Assembly (NCBI GenBank): GCA_036785375.1
Contig: JAWMAR010000085.1
Coordinates: 4,774,001-4,838,000 of the forward strand
Origin: Leucoraja ocellata
Lineage: Eukaryota
Reading direction: 5' to 3'
Length of the DNA stretch: 64,000 nt
Numbering within the stretch: the first letter of the stretch is position 1; every line of letters starts with the position of its first letter. A program made the translations under genes and the position numbers. Below are positions 1 through 12,880 of the stretch, one piece after another. The notes below the pieces were generated by a model. The model was not told the origin of the DNA and did not search any database. It saw only the letters and a list, made by a program, of their open reading frames with translations.

Positions 1-1668
1 ATACAAGTCTACTTTCCTGTTTTTGCCACCAAAGTGGATAACCTCACATTTATCCACATTATGCTGCATCTGTCATGCATTGCCCACTCACCCAACCTTT
101 CCAAGTCACCTTGCAGCCTCCTAGCATCCTCCTCACAGCTAACACTGCCCCCCAGCTTCGTGTCATCCGCAAACTTGGAGATGTTGCATTCAATTCCCTC
201 ATCCAGATCATTAATATATATTGTAAATAGCTGGAGTCCCAGCACTGAGCCTTGCGGTACCCCACTGGTCAGTGCCTGCCATTCTGAAAATGACCCATTT
301 ACTCCTACTCATTGCTTCCTGTCTGCCAGCCAGTCCTCTATCCACATCAATACTGAACCCCCAATACCGTGTGCTTTAAGTTTGCATACTAATCTCTTAT
401 GTGGGACCTTGTTGAAAGCCTTCTGAAAGTCCAGATATAACCCATCCACTGGTTCTCCCTTATCCACTCTACTAGTTACATCCTCGAAAAATTATATAAG
501 ATTCGTCAGACATGATTTACCTTTCATAAATCCATGCTGACATTTGTCCAATGAATTCACCACTTTCCAAATGTGCTGCTATCCCATCTTTAATAACTGA
601 CTCCAGAATTTCCCCCACCACCGATGTTAGACTAACTGGTCTGTAATTCCCCGTTTTCTCTCTCCCTCCCTTTTTAAAAAGTGGGGTTACATTAGCTACC
701 CTCCAGTCCTCAAGAACTACTCCAGAATCTAAAGAGTTTTGAAAAATTATCACTAATGCATCCACTATTTCTGCGGCTACTTCCTTAAGTACTCTGGGAT
801 GCAACTTATCTGGCCCTGGGGATTTATCGGCCTTTAATCCATTCAATTTACCTTACACCACTTCCCGGCTAACCTGGATTTCACTCAGTTCCTACATCTC
901 ATTTGACCCCCGGTCCCTTGCTATTTCTGGCAGATTATTTATGTCTTCCTTAGTGAAGACAGAACCAAAGTAGTTATTCAATTGGTCTGCCATGTCCTTG
1001 TTCCCCATGATCAATTCGCCTGTTTCTGACTGCAAGGGACCTACATTTGTTTTAACTAATCTTTTCCTCTTGACATATTTATAAAAACTTTTGCAGTCAG
1101 TTTTTATGTTCCCTGCCAGTTTTCTTTCATAATCTATTTTCATTTTCCTAATTAAGCCCTTTGTCCTCCTCTGCTGCACTCTGAATTTCTCCCAGTCCTC
1201 TGGTAGGCTGCTTTTTCTGGCTAATTTGTATGCATCTTTTGTTTTGATACTATCCCTGATTTCCCTTGTTATCCATGGATGCACTACCTTCCCTGATTTA
1301 TTCTTTTGCCAAACTGGGATGAACAATTGTTGTAGTTCATCCATGCAGTTTTTAAATGCCTTCCATTGCATATCCACCGTCAACCCTTTAAGAATCATTT
1401 GCCAGTCTATCTTGGCCAATTCACGTCTCATACCCTCAAAGTCACCTTTCTTTAAGTTCAGGACCCTTGTTTCTGAATTAACAATGTCACTCTCCATCCT
1501 AATGAAGAACTCAACCGTATTATGGTCACTCTTGCCCAAGGGGCCATGCACAACAAGACTGCTAACTAACCCTTCCTCATTACTCAATACCCAGTCTAGA
1601 TGAGTCTGCTCTCTCGTTGGTTCCTCTACATGTTGGTTTAGAAAACTATCCCACATACATTCCAAGAA
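1..1668 (-). mobile_element. CR1/HER1-type LINE ORF2 fragment (linker + RT), 5'-truncated, continues off the left edge
   Basis: Translations contain KSPGPDKLHPRVLKE, NYRPVSLTSVVG, QGSVLG-like, YINDLD and [10 protein letters not shown], typical CR1 ORF2 motifs; in-frame stops and frameshifts present. Confidence 0.93.
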
Positions 1669-1878
1669 AGATAGGTCACTGTGGGAATGGGAGGGGGAGT
1701 TAAAATGTTGAGCAACAGGGAGATCAGGTAGGTTCAGGCGGACTGAGTGGAGGTGTTCAGTGAAACGATCTCCGAGCCTGTGCTTGGTCTGGCCGATATA
1801 AAGGAGTCCACACCTGGAACAGCAGATACAGTAGATGAGGTTGGAGTAGGTGCAAATGAACTTCTGCCTCACCTGAAA
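1669..1878 (-). mobile_element. Penelope-like element GIY-YIG endonuclease fragment
   Basis: FICTYSNLIYCICCSRCGLLYIGQTKHRLGDRFTEHLHSV...PVAQHFNSPSHSHSDLS matches the PLE GIY-YIG domain (IY, CxxC, YIG, conserved R, EH). Confidence 0.9.
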
Positions 1879-2063
1879 AGATCATAGATGGAGCCCTCAC
1901 TATTCCTCGATATCCAACATCTCCGCTCTTGCTCCCCCTCCCCCCAGTCCACTATACCAGCCCCAGAAAATTCAACATACTTGTAATGGTGCGAAGAAGA
2001 GTTATCAACTGTTACTGTCCTATTTGTGACCAAAAGGAATGGAGCCAAAAATCATGCATCTGA

Positions 2064-2290
2064 CATCAAGAGTCAAGAGTCAAGAGTCAAGTCAAGAGTC
2101 AATTTAATTGTCATTTGGACCCCTGGAGGTCCAAACGAAATGCCGTTTCTGCAGCCATACATTACACACAAATAGACCCCAGACACAACATAATTACATT
2201 TAACATAAACATCCATCACATAGCTGTGATGGAAGGCCAAATAAACGTCTCTCTCCACTGCACTCTCCCCCCCCCCCCCCCCCCCCGATG
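2064..2290 (-). mobile_element. 3' end of a Rex1/Babar-like or Rex-dependent non-autonomous retroelement
   Basis: (TCAAGAG/TCAAG)n tail at 2064-2100 resembles the reverse complement of the (ACTTG)n tail at 60364-60393; shares TAAACATCCA...CTGTGATGGAAGGC with the 31030-31726 element. Confidence 0.6.
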
Positions 2291-2380
2291 ACATCGTCTC
2301 TTAGCCATCACACTATCACCATTGGTCTTGTAAGATATGAAATATCTTTCATGCACATTATATAACAATGATTACTCTTC

Positions 2381-2930
2381 CACAGCCCAATTCTATGCGG
2401 CCATCGTTGAGTCTGTCCTCACCTTCTCCATCATGGTCTGGTTTGGCTCAGCCACCAAGCACGACATCTGGTGGCTGCAGCAAATTGTCCAATCAGCTGA
2501 TAAGGTTATTGGTTGCAACCTTCCCTCCATTGATGAACTGTACACTGCAAGGGCCAGGAAGTGAGCGGGTAAGATCATCTCTGACCCCTACCACCCGGCC
2601 ACAAACTCTTTGAATCACTTCCCTCTGGAAGGATGACTCCGGACTTTCAAAGTTGCCACAGCCAGACATAAAAACAGCTCTTTTCCACGAGTAGTAGCTC
2701 TACTCAATAACCAAAAATCTGTAGCCTCCTTTTGCTCTGATATTTTATTTAATTCACATGTTTAATCAACAATGTTTTATTATTAATGTTTTATGTGTCA
2801 TTCCTAACTGTCACTGTATGTCATGTTGTCACTCGCGGGCGAAACACCAAGGCAAATTCCTTGTATGTGAATACTTGGCCAATAAACGTATTCATTCATT
2901 CATCATGCATTCATTCATTCATTCATCCAT
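2381..2930 (+). mobile_element. Rex1/Babar-type LINE 3' fragment with (CATT)n tail
   Basis: QFYAAIVESVLTFSIMVWFGSATKHD...LPSIDELY is homologous to the C-terminus of ORF 58426-60204; AATAAA followed by (CATT)n at 2881-2930. Confidence 0.85.
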
Positions 2931-3060
2931 TATTGGACTTCAATGCAATTCAATGTGAAGGAAGAATTTTGGAACACTTCTGAGGTTAGTGCAATGTGTT
3001 CAAATCCCAGTTAACAGTATTTTCCAAATCTATATTATTTATTACTTTCAGACTATGTTT

Positions 3061-3499
3061 TGGCTGGATAGACTCGGCTTGTACTTGCTAGAATTTAGAA
3101 GATTGAGGGGGGATCTTATAGAAACTTACAAAATTCTTAGGGGGTTGGACAGGCTAGATGCAGGAAGATTGTTTCCGATGTTGGGGAAGTCCTGGACAAG
3201 GGGTCGCAGTTTAAGGATAAAGGGGAAATCCTTTAGGACCGAGATGAGAAAAACATTTTTCACACGGAGAGTGGTGAGTCTCTGGAACTCTCTGCCACAG
3301 AAGGTAGTTGAGGCCAGTTCATTGACTATATTTAAGAGGGAGTTAGATGTGGCCCTTGTGGCTAAAGGGATCAGGGAGTATGGAGAGAAAGCAGGTACAG
3401 GATACTGAGTTGGATGATCAGCCATGATCATATTGAATGGCGGTGCAGGCTCGAAGGGCCGAATGGCCTACTCCTGCACCTAATTTCTATGTTTCTATG
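3061..3499 (+). mobile_element. CR1 LINE 3' end
   Basis: LGLYLLEFRRLRGDLIETYKIL...FFTRRVVSLWNSLP; 3' UTR hairpin GGCTCGAAGGGCC and (TTTCTATG)n tail. Confidence 0.92.
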
Positions 3500-4442
3500 A
3501 GCTTAGTCGCTATGCTCCCTTGCATTTTCTAACTCTCAACTCTTACCCAATGTTGGCAGCCCTGTGATTAACAGCAAAGATCAATAGCGAGTGCTGGAAT
3601 GGGTATTACCTTCATGGTGACTGACAGGTCAGAAGACCAACCTGCTGATCTCACAATTTTTTTAAACCTTCATAACTTTTGTAATCTTCCACCGATCGGA
3701 ACAAAACTTGCTGCGCCTGCTCCTACTACTGCACATATTTTCTATGTTTCTGTTTTCTTTTCAGTCTTCTAGAAACAAAGATATAAATAAAAACAAATAT
3801 AACCAAATATATAATTTCTCTCTGATTAGAAAAGCTTGCCATCATAAATATACATTGCCCTTTGTGATTCACATCCAAGTTTCCTGAGGAGTAGTTATCT
3901 TTCTATACTTTTGATTTTCACTTCATCAATGACGCCCATCATTTCTATAGCAGCTAACTTCCCTTAGAGGGGATTCATTATAGGAAATAAAGCTAACGTT
4001 GAACTTTACGCTGTCAAAAATATCAATCAATAACATAGCCTAAAAGGATTGATGATGTTCTTATCCACTAATCTTGTAAGAGTACCAGCCACCCTTTAGT
4101 TATAACAGCCAGCTCAGTAAAAATATGAACTGTTCTAAAACAAATCAATTGTTAAGATAGCTTTAAAAGTTAGTAGAAGAGTAGAGTTTTTCAAATAAAT
4201 TTGACGGGTCACTGTCAATCTGATTTCTCTTTAAAATATATATGTAACAACCAAATTATTTTGGGAGGTCTTTGACCCGAAATATAATCTCTCTCCACAC
4301 ATACTGCCTGATTTGTGGACTGAGTTTTGAATTTTCTGTTCTTGGTTGCATCAATCGGGTCCTTTTAGGAAGTCTTTCTTTTAAAATACACGCACACAAA
4401 CAAACAAACAAACAAATATACACACAACAATAAAGCTTCAAT

Positions 4443-4686
4443 AACTCAGCGGGACAGGCAGCATCTCTGGAGAGAAGGAATGGGTGATGTTTCAGGTTGA
4501 GACACTTCTTCAGACTGATGTCAGGGGATCTGACTCTCAGTGGACCTGACATCAGTCTGAAGAAGGGTCTCGACCCAAAACGTCACCCATTCCTTCTCTC
4601 CAGAGATGCTGTCTGTCCCGCAGAGTTACTCCAGCATTTTGTGTTTATCTTCGATTTAAACCAGCTCCTGCAGTTCTTTCCTACAC
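4443..4686. mobile_element. Palindromic PLE-derived short element with two inverted hammerhead-like motifs and a ~15-bp TSD
   Basis: Arms ~4443-4524 and ~4546-4630 are reverse complements; CTGAAGAAGGGTCTCGACCCAAAACGTC near 4557; CAATAAAGCTTCAAT on both flanks. Confidence 0.8.
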
Positions 4687-4849
4687 AATAAAGCTTCAAT
4701 GTCAGAAGCCATACTTCACATCTTTGAAATAAGAAATGAATATAAGGAATCAATTTTAACATGCAAGAGAATAACGACTAGGCAAATATTGGGTTGGGAA
4801 AATGTAGAAAGTTTATAACATTCATCATATGAACCTAGGCAAATGCAAA

Positions 4850-5525
4850 CATTTGAATTAGGGGCAGGAATGGCCACTTGTCCCTCAGGCCATTCAATTA
4901 GATTATAGCTGATCTGGTTACATAATGTTCACTCTGCATACTTACAGTAAACTTTCATCCCTTTGCTTATAGTATCAATTATATATTTACCTCCACCTTA
5001 TAAATATTCCGAAACCCTGCTGCCCCAACCCAATGAGGAAGAGTTCCAATAATTCACAATCCCAGAAAGAAAAAAAACCCATCTACATGAAACAATAATC
5101 CTTGGTTTTAGATTCTCCCACAAGAAGGAACAATTTTTACCTTTAGGATTGTACTGCATATGATTCAATCAAGTCACCCTTCACTATTCTAAACTCTAGC
5201 TGATGCATCTAAAGGCTTTGTAATCTCCTTATATGTACCTTTCCCAACTTACTTTCCTTCCTATCTTTATGTTATCACTAAATTTAGCAACTGAGCCTTC
5301 ATCCAAATCATTTATATAAATTGTGAAAGGTTGAGGCTCCAGCATCAATCCTGCATTGCACTAGTTACTACATCTTGCCCACTAGAAGAAGACCTGGTTA
5401 TGCCCAACCTCTGCATCTTACTAGTGAAGCAACCTTCTATCTACAGTATACCATTATGTTGCCTGCCAAAAATGTTGGCATCCTTGTTAAATTTGATGCA
5501 GCACCTTATGAAATGCCTCTTCTGA
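4850..5525 (-). mobile_element. Old degenerate CR1 fragment
   Basis: Reverse-strand remnants of RT (KFSD/IINDLD-like) and the CR1 3' region; heavily decayed. Confidence 0.6.
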
Positions 5526-8500
5526 ACCTAAAAACAATGAATTAATTAACAGTCATTCTTAGCTTCCTATTTTTCTGAAGTAACATAGGTCAGGTCTCAA
5601 TCTACATCATTCTGTACCAGTGTATCTGTATTTGTCAGCAAATCATACTTATTTTTACTTGCACTCTCAATTCATTACCTGTTGATATTGCAATATTGTC
5701 CAATGTAATCATATTGGGCAGCACCCTTGGAAGTAGTGGAAATTAGTCACAAAATACCTTTAATCTAAGATTATAACATCTTTGTAGAGCATGTAAGTAA
5801 GCTATTTAAAATTACCATATAAATGCAAATCTTATCATGAAGTATTACACCAGCAGCCAATATCTAGTGTAATTAAATAGAAATTCAAAAGCAAAGTTTC
5901 GATACTATTAAGAATATGCATAGGACAATAAAAAAAATCATAGGAGCACATGATTGAAATTGCACATAACACATGCACTAAAATGCCACTGCATGGAGAC
6001 TTGGACAAATTGTTCTCAGCATCAGTCACACAATAATTCTTGCACTTCAATTAAACAAATACTAATGTAAACATTTAAAGGGCACAATTTCTGATCTTTT
6101 TCATAAGCATCTATCAATCACAAATAAGTTCCTAATTCCCATTCACCAACCAAAACCTGTGGTCCTTGACATCACATCCCAGCTTAAATGGGAAATGATC
6201 ATCGCAGTAACAAAGACAGGAGAGGCGCAAAAGAAATGGCACGGTGGACCTTGAGATCCTTACCTGAGGATTACTTAACTTGAATATGTCCTGCCCACTT
6301 GGGGGCACAAAATGCAACACAGATCAGAAATGAAGGGCTGGTTGGTGGGAGTGCCCATGGATATCAAATCAAGGAGCATTGTCCCTTGGACCTAATTAAA
6401 GAGCAGGATAAAGTTTAATGAGAAGCAGATCAATGAAAGTATCAATAAAGCCAGACTTTCAGAAGTGCACAACAGCAGTTATGCACTTTCCTTTCACCAC
6501 ACATTCATTGCTCACTTAATATTATGTACCTCAACACACACTTGTATCCCTAAGCGCTACAAGGCATCTCACTTTTTCCTGCATAATCTATTCTGCCATA
6601 TAAAGTGTACATGGTTTAATCTTGTCCCATTTCCCTCTCCAAACTATGATTATACACTCATGTTTTTCTTTTTTTTTCTCCACAAAAATATCACCTGGCA
6701 GTCCTCGTGAACCACCTGTCACTAAAGAAGAAGGCATTGCATCTTTTTATCTGGTAGCTACATGTACCAACACAGATCTAACATTTTGTGGATAATAGAG
6801 GAGGGTTTAGAAGTGAGATCTGCCCACAATGACTATCAAGCATAAATTGACTGCAACCAAGGTGAGGGTAATTCATATATCTGCTTTCTGGAGTCTATGA
6901 TCACACAGCAGCTCTTCTCTGGAAACGCCATTGAAGACAATGTCAAGGACAGCCTCCAGATAAATAATGATTCCATATGCATACTGAAATGTTTGAGGGA
7001 TTGTCAAACATGTTTGAATTGTCTTGAAGCATGCGGTGTGAAATCCTTCATCTTGGAAATAGTGGCCAGCTCCATATCATCACATTCACGTCTGTGGTGC
7101 AGCTGGGTTTAAGATTTATATCTTCCAGTTTAGCCTCGGCAAAAAGTCAACAATGGAGTGGAAGCCTCTAATTGTATTCCAGAAACCCTATTGAGGATCT
7201 TTAAACCCACAAAAAACTGGAGCTAGGACCTCGTAATCTTCTGGATGAATCTAGAAGTTCTGAATATACTTTGTGCAATACCCAAGCAAGAGTCCAGATT
7301 GTTTTCCAGTCCTGATCAGAACTTGAAACATAGATCTTGCTGAAACACGGAGACTGCTCTCAACTTAGCAAAATCATTTTTATTTCAAAATTAGAAATAA
7401 CATTGACAGGCATAAATGTTTAACAGAGCTTTTCACCACAAAGTATATAGAACAGATTCTGAGGTAAAGCAATTACTATTATATGGTCTGTCAACTTTAA
7501 GAAAAGTTACATAGAATGGGATTCAGGAATATAAGGCTAAGCACTGAGAAAGAATACCAACTGTGATGCATAATGGCTCTTAAACTGCAGGAACCAAGAA
7601 AATCTTATCCCATGAGAGGAGGAAACTGTCATTGATGAATAATGTAACAAAGTTGAACATTTTGTTTCATTTACATTTGAGAGGAGTTAAAGAAATTATA
7701 TCTTTTTTGTTAAACTTTTAGGCTTTAATCAAATGCTTCCATTCTAAGTAGCAAAAAAACATTTCCCTTGAATATTTTTATTTTGTGCACAATAGTACTA
7801 ATTATCAATCTCTTCTGTGGTATGCAGGAATTTTTACAAATGGAAGAGTCTTAATAATCTACAATAAGAATTTATTCAATATACCAAATGATGCAAAAAT
7901 ATGTACCGTTCCGTGAAACAGTGAGACAACAGTAGGAAATCGACATTGTACTTTTAACAGCTCTCCTCCAATGGGTAATCTACATTTGCTGATTCTCTTG
8001 GTAATATTATTAACAATCAACCTGGATCTGCTATAATACAATTCATGAGTAAGGTTTTGTCATATTATATTAGAATCTCTAGCCCTTATCTCCATAGGTT
8101 TAGAAACTGAATAGTTTGGAATGTTCTCTTTCTATCCTTTGAAATTCAGATCTGCGACATAGGAAATTAAAAGGTAGGTTCCAACTTTACATAAATTCAT
8201 GAGGCTCATGCCTAAATTAAATGGGCACATCATCTGTCTGCAGAACTCTGGAAATAAATATTGCAGGCAGAAGGGATTACATTATGAGTGGATAAGTAAC
8301 CTATTATTTTTTTTAAACTTGCAGCACATCTGATTTTCAATGGAAAGATAGGGTTAGAAACAATCCTTAAACAGCTGACCCTTTTACTGAATAGATTATT
8401 TTTCAAAGAGAAATTATGCTGTTAGAATATTTTTGGGACTAGTATACATAATGCAGGAGCTTTGATATCCAGAAACTGATGAAATTACAATTAATTTCAC

Positions 8501-9739
8501 AAGGTAAAATTTCAACTAATTAAATCAGAAACTAAAACTTGAATGTGCATTTTAAACATCTATTAATTCTTCAATTTAAATGTGGGTCAACAAGTCACCA
8601 TTTATTAAAAGGTTCAAGAAACAACACGTATTCAATGCATAAGCTACTTAGTCTTGGATCTACTTTTTCTTATGTCAGTTGGTCATATATAACCCTACAT
8701 GGCCATGCAAACTGAAAATGAGCAGTACCTTTTCTGTGACGGTGTGCACTGGTACAGCATACTGTCACCTCGAAAAATGTTAAACCATTTTTATTTCTGG
8801 CAATGTGACATGTATGTTTATTAATTGTGTGCACTGGCACCTTTTTGTCTCCAAAAAAAGAATTGATCTTAACCTTCATGGCACTGTGTACCTTTGAAGA
8901 ACTACCTGAAACTGATTAGGATGGGAAACTCCATTACATTTTGCAAATTGGAATCAAATAAAATGAATGGGTCCTAGGTACCAAATGATAGTAATTGGCT
9001 ACGAATAATAAATGAGCAGAAAAAGTGCTCTTCCTCTGACTTACTGACTAAATCTCCTTTACTTGTTAAAATTACCATAGGTTTCTTATCATCATAAGCA
9101 AGTGTGAAATATAATCACACATTTCAACCAGAAACTCACTCCATATATTCTCTCTTTTGAATATTTTTTGTGTGTATTTTCTTTGATATATTTTTCCAAT
9201 GGACCAGTTGTGACATTTTTATATCAGCAATATTACATCGGATTTTCAATTTCCTCCATTTTTTTTAAGTTGCTACGCATGACATAAGTTGCCCTGCCAG
9301 GAAGGTGGGCCTCAGTTGTGGTCATTCCTCTGATGGTGTATTTTTTTCTCTTAAACTGGCAGGAGGAATGGAGGAAGATTTTCTCTGGAAAACTTCTTCA
9401 AATGTCCCCGGAAAGCCACAGGAGACCTATGGCTGTTTCAATACTCTAACTGGCTTATTGCTTTCTCTGGGATTATTACAGTTGGATCCTTCCCTATCTG
9501 CTGTATGTAAAAATGCTGGTGAGCTGGCCCAGTGCTGCAGTCCTGGTGAATAATTTGTCGTTCCACCATGTCACCATAACTTCCCAGAGTTGCCAGGCAG
9601 AAAGTGACATTAGTTCCAGGAAACTGATGGTAATTATCCTGAGGTGTATCTAATAGCTAATTGGACATGAGCTAAGATGGATCTTAGTGACAAATATTAC
9701 ACTTGCACTTGTTCTTTCAAAGAGGAATATTTTAGTTAA

Positions 9740-10680
9740 AGGCACTTAATTTCCTCTTCTATCTAGATTACTTGTATTTATAAATTATCCAGGAAAGATG
9801 GCAACCTTCTCATAAATCAGCTCTAACTGGTCTACTGAGGTTGTGACCTTTGATTCTAGACCTCCACCTAATGGAGCATCCACCCTGCACCCAGCCAGTC
9901 CAGCCCTGTATGAATTTTGCAAATTGTATTGAGATCTTCTCTCAGTCTTCTAGACTCCAGGGAATAATAGCCCATGCAATACTAGTCCACACAATCTCTC
10001 CTCGGATGACAAACTCAGCATTCCAGGAATCAAAACTGTTGAATTTTCACCGTATTGTCTTGTTGCCAAGTTTATCCTTTACGCATAAGGAAATTGAACC
10101 TATACACAATATTCCAGCTGTAATCTCACCAAGTCCTGCCCAACTGTAATAAGATATCAAATAAAGCCTTCATACTGTTTTTGCCATCTGTTTATTTCGC
10201 TTACTACTTTTCAAACTTCTCCTTCCTAACTTCTCCACTTTCCAACAGCACGAGCAAACACCCCTGCAAAGATATTGGTCCCAGCTCTGCTGAATTGTAA
10301 TCAGCCCATTTTATGCACATCAGATGTGTCCCTGAAAATATTCCATTGTCTCCGTGATGTGGTGTTCATCCTGCACCAGATCTCCAGCCAACATTCACCT
10401 ACTCTATCCTTCTATTTCAGTACTCCATAGCATGGGAGCAATCCTGAGATTACTCCACATGAGGTCCTGCATTTTACCCTTTTCTCGAGTTCCCTGACTG
10501 TTAAATCACAATCACTGTTGCTCTCTTAATTCTTCTTCTTCTCCTCCCTTTTGTGCAGTTGAACAACAAGAGATGCTAAACTCCTACTTCTGATTTCATG
10601 CCTCTGAGGCAAATCCCCAAATCCAAATAGAAAACTGGTCAAGAGGGAAGTTGATACAGAGCAGTCCTGCACCACCTGCC
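9740..10680 (-). mobile_element. Degenerate CR1 pieces (3' end joined to an ORF1-like segment)
   Basis: 9740-10250 resembles the CR1 ORF2 C-terminus; 10260-10680 resembles the CR1 ORF1 esterase-like region. Confidence 0.5.
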
Positions 10681-10681
10681 T

Positions 10682-11900
10682 TAGAGTCATAGAGTGCTAC
10701 TGTGTGGAAACAGACTGTGTCGAAACAAATTGCACACACCCGCCAACATGTCCCAGCTACACTAGTCCCACCTGCTTGCGTTTGGTCCATATCCCTCCAA
10801 ACCTGTCCTATCCATCTGCCTGTCTAACTGTTTCTTAAATGTTGGGATAGTCCCTGCCTCAACTACCTCATTTGGCAGCTTGTTCCATACACCCACCACT
10901 CTTTGTGTGAAAAAGTTATCCCTCAGACTCCTATTAAATCTTTTCCACTGCACCTTAAACCTATGTCCTCTGGTCCTCAATTCGCCTACTCTGGGCAAGA
11001 GACTCTGTGCATCTACCCGATCTATTTTTCTCATGATTTTATACACTTCTATAAGATTACCCCTCATCCTCCTATGCTCCAAGGAATAGTCCCAGCCTGC
11101 TCAGCCTCTCTCTATAGCTCAGACCCTCTAGCCCTGGCAACATTCTTGTACATCTTCTCTGTACACCTTTCCAGCTTGACAACATCTTTCCTATAACATG
11201 GTGCTCAGATCTGAACACAATACTCTAAAAGCGGCCTCACCAATGACTTGTACAACTGCAACATGATGTCCCAACTTCTATACTCAATATTCTAACTTGA
11301 ATGCCATAAGCCTTGTAGATCACCCTATCTACCTACGATTCTACCTTCACGGAACCATGCACCTGCACTCTACATCCCTCTGCTCTACATCATTCCCCAG
11401 AGCCCTACCATTCACTGTGTAGATCCTGCCCATGTTAGACTTCCCAAAATGCAACACCTCACATTTCTCTGTATTAAATTCCATCAACCATTCCTCAGCC
11501 CACCTGGCCAATTGATCAAGATCCCGCTTCAATTTTTCACAACCATCTTCACTATCTGCAAAACCACCCACTTTTGTATCATCTGCAAACTTGCTAATCT
11601 TGCTGTGTGTGTTCTCATCTAAATCATTGATATAGATGACAAACAGTAACGGGCCCAGGGCCAAACCCTGAGGCACACCACTAGTCACAGGCCTCCAGTC
11701 CGAGAAGCAACCTTCCACCATCACCTTCTGCTTCCTTCCATGAAGCCAATTTTCTATCCATTCAGCTACCTCTCCTTGGATCCCATGCGATCTAAAGTTC
11801 CAGAGCGGCCTACCATGCGGAACTTTGTTGAATGCTTTGCTGAAGTCCATATATCCATCTACACCTGTGCCCTCATCGACCTTTTTGGCCACGTCTTCAG
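10682..11900 (-). mobile_element. CR1/HER1-type LINE, 5'-truncated
   Basis: MDFSKAFNKVPHGR, SGVPQGLALGPLLFVIYINDLD, KFADDTKVGG, RRMRGNLIEVYKIM, FFTQRVVGVWNKLP. Confidence 0.93.
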
Positions 11901-11988
11901 AAAACCTCTTCTGCTGGTCGATCTCCCTGCCATTTTATATTTAAGCTTTGATGTGACCACTTCCATATGTTATCCACATAGTTTGACT

Positions 11989-12285
11989 TTAGAGATACAG
12001 TGTGGAAACAGGCCCTTCGGCCCACAGAGTCCGTGCCGTCCAGCAATCACCCCATACATTAGCACTATCCTACACACTAGGGACAATTTACAATTTTACC
12101 AAAGCCAATTATCCTACAAACATGTACGTCTTTGGAATGTGGGAAGAAACCGGAGTACCTGGAGAAAACCCACGCAGTCACAGGGAGAACGTACAAACTG
12201 TACAGACAGCACCCATATTCAGGATCGAACCCGGGTCTCTGGCGCTGTAAAACAGCAACCCTACCGCTGCGCCACCGTGCTGCCC
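11989..12285 (-). mobile_element. tRNA-derived HE1-like V-SINE, full length
   Basis: Minus strand begins GGGCAGCACGGTGGCGCAGCGG (A box) and has GGTTCGATCC (B box), a V-domain-like core and a CR1-derived 3' end; TTTGACT on both flanks. Confidence 0.88.
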
Positions 12286-12439
12286 TTTGACTAGTTTTTG
12301 GCCGAATAGATGCATCACAATGACTGGAGCTGCCACTTCAGCTTAGAAACGAAAGGAAGGATCTGTGATAGAGTGCAGATTAGGAGAGTTTGAATTACAC
12401 CAGTGGCAGTGACACAGTGGCTGAAAGGTGGTGGTAAAG

Positions 12440-12880
12440 GCCAGTGTGTAACAAAAGTTATGTGTGGATGATGTGGAAGTAGGAGGTGGTGAAATAAATC
12501 TGAAATGCCAGGTGAAAGAAAAATAATCAAATGAAAGAAATATGAAATACGTCTGGAAGGGATTATTATTTGAAAATGTTCAATTCAAAGTAAAGCCCTG
12601 AAACATGTAATGTGCCATGTCAGAAAAAGAAGTGATATTCCTTGATCTCATGCTGAATCTAATTTGAATATTGCAGGAGGCTGAGAGGTCAAAGTGGGAG
12701 TGAGATGGAGAATTAAAGTGACAGACAACTGGAGACTTAAAGTCACCATTGTGGACTGAACAACAGTGTTCTGCAAAGCAGTTACTAGATGTGGTGTACT
12801 AAATTGAAAGAACTGTAAATAAATTGCTGTTTCACTTATATAGAATGTTTGAATCATTGCATCGTGGAAAGAACTGAACT
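12440..12880 (-). mobile_element. Highly degenerate PLE GIY-YIG / 3' region
   Basis: Decayed similarity to 1669-1878 and 26148-26330. Confidence 0.5.

Noticed and set aside
34-1603. Plus-strand ORFs of 125-130 aa (and similar antisense ORFs over other LINEs)
   Set aside because: Antisense shadows of LINE ORF2 sequence.
6900-7200. Possible Harbinger transposase remnant (minus strand, IRGFHSIV resembling RKGFHSIN)
   Set aside because: A single short motif; other catalytic motifs were not found in the expected order.
7907-8030. Minus-strand open segment with AG/GT bounds
   Set aside because: Weak donor, and its phase is incompatible with the upstream candidate exon (immediate stop).
12210-12285. 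tRNA-like sequence (also at 45194-45265)
   Set aside because: It is the tRNA-derived head of a SINE continuing into SINE body, not a tRNA gene.
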